Below are positions 59,049-64,000 of a DNA stretch of 64,000 nucleotides, piece after piece (position 1 is the first letter of the stretch; every line of letters begins with the position of its first letter). The DNA comes from an uncultured Gemmatimonadales bacterium. Lineage in GTDB: Bacteria > Gemmatimonadota > Gemmatimonadetes > Gemmatimonadales > GWC2-71-9. The notes beneath the pieces were generated by a model. It was given only the letters and a program-made list of their open reading frames with translations. It was not told the DNA's origin and made no database searches. The stretch spans positions 704,001 through 768,000 of the forward strand of contig CAVUAK010000001.1 in assembly GCA_963739455.1 (NCBI GenBank). The letters run 5' to 3'. A program made the position numbers and the translations under genes.

Positions 59049-60712
59049 ATGCCGTCCGTTCCCCGACTCCGCGGATCATTCCGAACCGACGTCCGAGCCC
59101 GCGCCGCCTACAGTGAAGGAGCTGGGGTGTATCCGGGTGGTCCCGGCAGCTGTGGCGCTTCCTGTCGATGAAGCAGACCTTCGTGCCCTGCTGCAGTGGG
59201 TAGTCGGCAGTCGGCAGTCGGCAGGGAGTCGTCAGACGCTGGTGCTGCGGGGGGCGGGCAGTGCGATGGGGGGCGGGAATGTGGGAGACGGAATCGTGGT
59301 GGACCTCACCGCCATGGCCGAGCGGGAGTGCGCTGTGGACGCCATCCAGCGCAACGTGACCGCCTCGGCGAGGGTGACGCTGGGCGAGATCGAGCGAGCT
59401 GCCGAGCCCTTCGGCCTCCGGCTGCCGCCCGATCCATCGAGTGCCCGTTGGGCAACAGTGGGCGGGGCGTTCTCGACCAATGCCTCGGGGCCACGGACAC
59501 TGCGTTATGGAAGCATGCGGCGCTGGGCCCTGGGCGCGACGGTGATCACGGCAGACGGCGAGCGGCTGGTACTGCGCCGAGGCGAGGCAGCGAGCGGCCG
59601 GGCGGCAGCGCGATTCGAGTCGGATGTGGCGCCGGCGATCCGCGCGATAGCTCCGCGCATCCGGGAGCGATTCCCCCATACGCGGAAGAACTCCTCGGGT
59701 TACGCGCTCGATGCCTGGCTCGAGTCAGGTGACCTGCTCGACCTCTTCATCGGCGCCGAGGGAACGCTGGGCGTGGTGACGGAGGTGACGTGGCGGCTGG
59801 ATCCGATCCCGCCCTTTCGGTCGGGGCTCAAGGTCGAGGTCGCGTTGGTGGAGCGGATCGCCGAGGTGATCGCGGCGCTGACGGCGACCGGCCCGTCGGT
59901 GTGCGAGCTGCTCGACCGGAGCTTTCTCGAGGTGGTCCGGAGCGGGGCGACGGGGGCGGCGGTGAGCGTTCCGGATGCCGACGCGGTGCTCCTGCTCGAG
60001 TACGAGGAGGACTCGGCGGCGGCACTTGAGGCAGCGGTGACGAGCGGCGCGCGTGCCGCGGAGTCCGCGGGCGCGCGAGCGGTACGGCCTGGCAATGCGG
60101 AAGAGCAGGCGGCAATCTGGACGCTGCGTCATGCGGCGAGTCCGATCCTCGCCCGGTTGCCGCTGACGCAGCGGTCGATGCAGGTGGTTGAGGACGGCTG
60201 CGTGCCGGTGAAAAGTCTTGCTGAATACCTGCAGCTGCTGCGAGATGCGACGGCGGCGCGTGATCTTCCAATCGTCCTCTTCGGCCACGCGGGCGATGGT
60301 CATGTGCACGCGAACCTTCTTCCCGACACGACTCGACCGGGGTGGATCAATGCGGTGGAGTCACTGCTCGAGGAAGTGAGCGCTGGCGTGATCGCGCTGG
60401 GAGGGACGCCCTCGGGAGAGCATGGCGACGGGCGGCTCCGTGCCGGTCTCGTGGAGCGGGTCTATGGTCCGGAGATCGTGGGCCTGTTCCGGATGGTGAA
60501 GAACTGCTTCGACCCACTGGGCATCCTGAATCCGGGCGTTATCCTTCCCGCCGTTCCAGGTGAAGCACCGCTCTCCGGGCTCAAGGTGGGGGCCGACGCG
60601 GCGCCAATACCACGACGACATAGCGGTGGCGTTGAGGGACATCGAGCGCGAGGGCGGCTACGGCCGCTCGAGGCTCCTGATAGCTGACGACTCCCTGCCG
60701 ACTCACGACTGA
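59049..60712 (+). CDS. FAD-binding oxidoreductase, GlcD/D-lactate dehydrogenase family (frameshifts at about 59120 and 60612)
   Basis: RGAGSAMGG, PPDPSS, GAEGTLG, GHAGDGHVH, GEHGDG, FDPLGILNPG. Confidence 0.88.
59196..59234 (+). repeat. GTCGGCA heptamer array inside CDS
   Basis: gtgggta (gtcggca)x3 ggga gtcgtca. Confidence 0.85.
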
Positions 60713-60726
60713 CGACTGACGACTGC
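60685..60726 (-). repeat. GTCGTCA/GTCGGCA heptamer array
   Basis: Minus strand: gtcgtca gtcgtca gtcgtga gtcggca ggga gtcgtca. Confidence 0.85.
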
Positions 60727-60729
60727 CCT

Positions 60730-61482
60730 ATGAAGATTCTTCGAGATGCCACCGTCACGCTCCTCGCCCGGCCCCAGTTCGTGGAGCCGGCACACCTGCC
60801 GATTTCCTGGCAGGGCGCGTCCACCGACGGGGAGCGGCTCGCCGAGTTCGCCGGGCGGCTCTGCTACATGAGCCAGCACAATCCCGCCGGACGGAGCACC
60901 GCCGAGTACCTCGAGAACATCCTCAAGCAGGGCCATGGGTCGGTGTTCGAGCACTCGACCTACGTGCTCCTCCTCGAGGGGATCTCCCGCTCCTGCACCC
61001 ACGAGCTGGTGCGGCACCGGGCGGGCTTCGGCTACTCGCAGCTCTCCCAGCGGTACGTGGACGAGTCGGAGGCAAACTTCGTCATGCCCCCGGCAATCCA
61101 GGGCGATGCTGTCCTCGAGGGGGAGTGGCAGCGGGCGATGGAGTCGGCCCAGACCTCCTATGTGGCGACGGTGGAGCTGCTGATGGAGAAGTACAGCTGG
61201 GTGGAGAGCCGGGTGCACCGGCGGAAGATGGCGCGCGAGGCGGCGAGGAGCGTCCTGCCCAACGGGACGGAGACGAAGATCGTGGTGAGCGCCAACGTCC
61301 GCGCCTGGCGGACGATGCTGGAGCTCCGCCTGGGAGAGGGAGCGGAGCTGGAGATCCGGCGCCTCGCGGTGATGATCCTCCGCGTGCTCAAGAGCGAAGC
61401 GCCGGCGCTCTTCGGTGACTTCGAGATCTACAAGGCGGGCGATGGGACCGAGTGCGGGCGGGTTGGATACCACAAAGTGTGA
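60730..61482 (+). CDS. thyX: FAD-dependent thymidylate synthase
   Basis: GHGSVFEH, HELVRHR, SQLSQRY, EAARSVLP, NVRAWR. Confidence 0.95.
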   Translation: MKILRDATVTLLARPQFVEPAHLPISWQGASTDGERLAEFAGRLCYMSQHNPAGRSTAEYLENILKQGHGSVFEHSTYVLLLEGISRSCTHELVRHRAGFGYSQLSQRYVDESEANFVMPPAIQGDAVLEGEWQRAMESAQTSYVATVELLMEKYSWVESRVHRRKMAREAARSVLPNGTETKIVVSANVRAWRTMLELRLGEGAELEIRRLAVMILRVLKSEAPALFGDFEIYKAGDGTECGRVGYHKV

Positions 61483-61501
61483 GAAAATCCCGAAAAAACT
61501 A

Positions 61502-61530
61502 TTGTGCAATCGTTTTGCATTCCTTACCTT
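61502..61530 (+). promoter_or_regulatory. Putative sigma-70 promoter
   Basis: TTGTGC-N17-TACCTT preceded by an A-rich tract. Confidence 0.5.
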
Positions 61531-61570
61531 AGACTGCGCGCGCGAGAAAATCAGCAGTTCCGAGTTCGCT

Positions 61571-61595
61571 CGTCCGGCATCGGACGTCTTTTTTT
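61571..61595 (+). terminator. Terminator-like hairpin, possible attenuator
   Basis: CGTCCG-gcat-CGGACG-tc-T7, 13 nt before the TTG start. Confidence 0.6.
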
Positions 61596-61608
61596 GTAGA
61601 GGGCCCGT

Positions 61609-62739
61609 TTGGCAGTTCGGATCGGACTAGCCTTCAATCTCAAGCCTGAGGCACCGGCACCAGTCGCCGGGGCGGACTCGCCCTCCCCCGTAATCCCCAA
61701 TCACAACAGTGACGTCACGGCGCTCCCCTCGGCGCAGCGAGTGCTGCGCGACGACCTGGAGCAGCCCGATCTCTACGCCGAGTGGGACGAGCAGGGCACC
61801 ATCGACGCGGTTGCCGCGGCGCTCTCCACCATAGGAGAAGTGGTGCTTCTCGAGGCGAACGAGAGCTTCCCGGAGAAGCTCCGTGCCGCCCGGCCCGACT
61901 TCGTGTTCAACATCGCCGAGGGGCTCTACGGCCCGAACCGGGAGGGGCACATCCCGGCCATCTGCGAGTTCTACGGCATCCCCTGTCACGCCTCCGACCC
62001 GCTCTCGCTCTCGCTCTGCCTGCACAAGGGCCGGACGAAGGAGATGCTGCTCCAGCATGGCGTGCCGACGGCGCCCTTCACCATCGCCCGCACCCGGGAT
62101 GACGCCCGGAACGTGTCGCTGCCCTTCCCGCTCTTCGCGAAGCCGTGCTTCGAGGGGTCGGGCAAGGGCGTCACGGTCAAGAGCCTCTGCCACAACCGGG
62201 CGGAGCTGGTGGCCCGGGTGGAGGCGCTGCTCGACACCTACAAGCAGCCGGTGCTGATCGAGACCTGGCTTCCGGGTCTCGAGTTCACGGTGGCGGTCAT
62301 CGGGAACGGCGAGGAGGCACGCTGCTTGCCAATCGTCGGCATGAACTTCGACGTGCTGCCCGCGGGCGCACCGCCGATCTATGGCTACGAAGCGAAGTGG
62401 CTCTGGGACACGATCGCGAATCCGCTGCAGCTGTTCGAGTGCCCGGCCAAGGTGCCGGCGGAACTGACCCGGGACATCGAAGCGGCGGCACTCGCCGCCT
62501 ACCGGGCGCTCGAGTGCCGGGACTGGTGCCGCATCGACGTGCGCTGCGACGCGGTGGGTCGCCCGATGGTGGTGGAGCTCAACCCGCTGCCGGGGATCCT
62601 TCCCGACCCGATGGACAACTCCTGCTTCCCCAAGGCGGCACGGGCAGCGGGCATGACGTACGACGACCTGATCCGCACCGTGGCGGACATCGCCTGGCGG
62701 CGGATCAGCGGCGGGTCCCTGCTGGCCGAGGTGAGCTGA
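61609..62739 (+). CDS. D-Ala-D-Ala ligase-like ATP-grasp enzyme 1
   Basis: RIGLAFNLK, FNIAEG..REGHIP, KPCFEGSGKG, RIDVR, ELNPLPG. Confidence 0.9.
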   Translation: MAVRIGLAFNLKPEAPAPVAGADSPSPVIPNHNSDVTALPSAQRVLRDDLEQPDLYAEWDEQGTIDAVAAALSTIGEVVLLEANESFPEKLRAARPDFVFNIAEGLYGPNREGHIPAICEFYGIPCHASDPLSLSLCLHKGRTKEMLLQHGVPTAPFTIARTRDDARNVSLPFPLFAKPCFEGSGKGVTVKSLCHNRAELVARVEALLDTYKQPVLIETWLPGLEFTVAVIGNGEEARCLPIVGMNFDVLPAGAPPIYGYEAKWLWDTIANPLQLFECPAKVPAELTRDIEAAALAAYRALECRDWCRIDVRCDAVGRPMVVELNPLPGILPDPMDNSCFPKAARAAGMTYDDLIRTVADIAWRRISGGSLLAEVS

Positions 62740-63753
62740 ATGCGCGCAGTCATCCTGTACGACGGTGGAAGCGACGAGTGGTCGGCCCAGGACGTGGCCG
62801 CGGTCATGGCGAATGTGCGGGAGGTGCGGACTGCCCTCCGTCGCGCGGGTCATGAGCCGGTGCTCGTGCCAGTCCACCTGGGTGACTTCCGCTGGCTGAC
62901 GCGGGCGCGGAAGGCCGATCTCGTGTTCAACCTGTGCGAGGGGATCAACGGCAAGGCGCGCTACGAGGACTTCGTGGTGGGCGCGCTGGAGCTGACCGGG
63001 GTCCCGTTCACCGGCTGTCGTCACTGGCCGATCGCGGTGTGCCACCGGAAGTACGTCGCCAACACGCTGCTGGCCGCGGGTGGCCTGCCGGTGCCGACGT
63101 TCACGCTGGCGCAGGCGAACAAGATCCCCGCCGACTTCCCGCTGCCGGCGATCGTGAAGCCGAACGCCGAGGACGCGAGCGTCGGGATCGACCGGGATGC
63201 GGTGTGCACCACGCGCCGGGGGCTCAGGAAGCGGGTGGCCACCATGCTGGAGCACTTCGACGAGGTGCTGGTCCAGCAATACATCGGGGGCCGTGAGTTC
63301 AACGTCGGCTTCATCGGCGACCGGATGCTGCCCATCTCGGAGATCAAGTTCGACCGGATGCCCGAGGGGAGCTGGCCGATCGTCACGTACGCCGCCAAGT
63401 GGCACGCGGGGAGCGCTGAGGACATGGGGACGCAGCCGGTGTGCCCGGCACAGGCGCCATCGGAGTTGCTGCGTCGCATCGGTGCGGTGGCTCGTCAGGC
63501 ATGGATGGTCATGGCGCACGGCGAGGGATACGGCCGGGTGGACCTGCGGGTGGACGAGCAGGGTACGCCGTGGATCCTCGAGGTGAACCCCTGCCCCGAC
63601 CTGTCGAGCGATGCGGGCCTGGCGCGCATGGGTCGCGCGGCGGGATGGAACTACGACGAGCTGGTGCTCCAGGTGGTCGAGGAGACGCTCAACCGCGCCC
63701 GCCGCGCCTCGGCCGCAGCAGCAGCACAGGTGCCAAGCAGCATCCCGGCGTGA
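62740..63753 (+). CDS. D-Ala-D-Ala ligase-like ATP-grasp enzyme 2
   Basis: FNLCEG, KPNAEDASVGI, YAAKW, GRVDLR, EVNPCPD. Confidence 0.9.
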   Translation: MRAVILYDGGSDEWSAQDVAAVMANVREVRTALRRAGHEPVLVPVHLGDFRWLTRARKADLVFNLCEGINGKARYEDFVVGALELTGVPFTGCRHWPIAVCHRKYVANTLLAAGGLPVPTFTLAQANKIPADFPLPAIVKPNAEDASVGIDRDAVCTTRRGLRKRVATMLEHFDEVLVQQYIGGREFNVGFIGDRMLPISEIKFDRMPEGSWPIVTYAAKWHAGSAEDMGTQPVCPAQAPSELLRRIGAVARQAWMVMAHGEGYGRVDLRVDEQGTPWILEVNPCPDLSSDAGLARMGRAAGWNYDELVLQVVEETLNRARRASAAAAAQVPSSIPA

Positions 63754-64000
63754 CCGTCGCCGCCGTGGTGCTGCTGCGTCCCCTGTCCACCGTGGACCGC
63801 CCGGCGGTGGAGACGATGACGCGAAACACCGGGTTCTTTCACGAAGATGAAGTGGCCATTGCCGTCGAGGTGTTCGATGCCTCAGTGGCGGGCACATCGG
63901 ACTATATGGCGCTCGGTGCCGAGGTGAATGGCGCCCTCGCCGGCTGGATCTGCTGGGGACCGACGCCCTGCACGCTCGGGACCTGGGATTGCTACTGGAT
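63750..64000 (+). CDS. GNAT acetyltransferase, 5' part only (runs off the window)
   Basis: Own translation: TGFFHEDEVAIAVEV..GWICWGPTPCTLGTWDCYW; GTGA overlap. Confidence 0.8.
   Translation, partial: MTVAAVVLLRPLSTVDRPAVETMTRNTGFFHEDEVAIAVEVFDASVAGTSDYMALGAEVNGALAGWICWGPTPCTLGTWDCYW

Noticed and set aside
61505..61519. LacI-type operator TGCAATCGTTTTGCA
   Set aside because: Imperfect symmetry and spacing, single copy, and no LacI gene in the window.
61609..63753. Naming the ATP-grasp genes ddl or vanA
   Set aside because: They lack the canonical N-terminal motif and any mur or van context; symbol withheld.
1..64000. Prophage, IS, integron, rRNA or tRNA
   Set aside because: No integrase, transposase, phage structural gene or recognisable structural RNA seen by eye; a covariance-model scan was not possible.

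Overview
High-GC bacterial chromosome segment of about 65 tightly packed genes; the gene content suggests Gemmatimonadota, which is an inference only. Housekeeping and metabolic genes include gyrA, thyX, selD, rnhA, ada, sseA, sufE, pncA/pncB, a thiolase, hbd, an RND-MFP-TolC efflux operon and several transporters. Envelope genes include an ECF sigma / anti-sigma / two-HEAT-protein operon and many secreted or lipoprotein genes. The window ends in a tandem Ddl-like ATP-grasp plus GNAT operon. I saw no rRNA, tRNA, CRISPR array, transposase or phage gene. About 14 genes, including the essential gyrA, are broken by small indels, most likely read or assembly errors. The main unexplained structures are: (1) seven short arrays of a GTCGGCA/GTCGTGA heptamer, each containing a 4-nt phase-break unit, at gene junctions and in-frame inside proteins, plus further 7/8-mer repeat families; (2) three copies of an ECF-type promoter, GCAACC-N16-YRTCY, around the ECF operon; (3) two small ORFs with strong RBS that are missing from, or mis-started in, the ORF track; (4) an attenuator-like leader before the ATP-grasp operon; (5) an RNase HI with an apparently rearranged active site; (6) a secreted protein with a Gly-Trp tract and an RGG-like tail.
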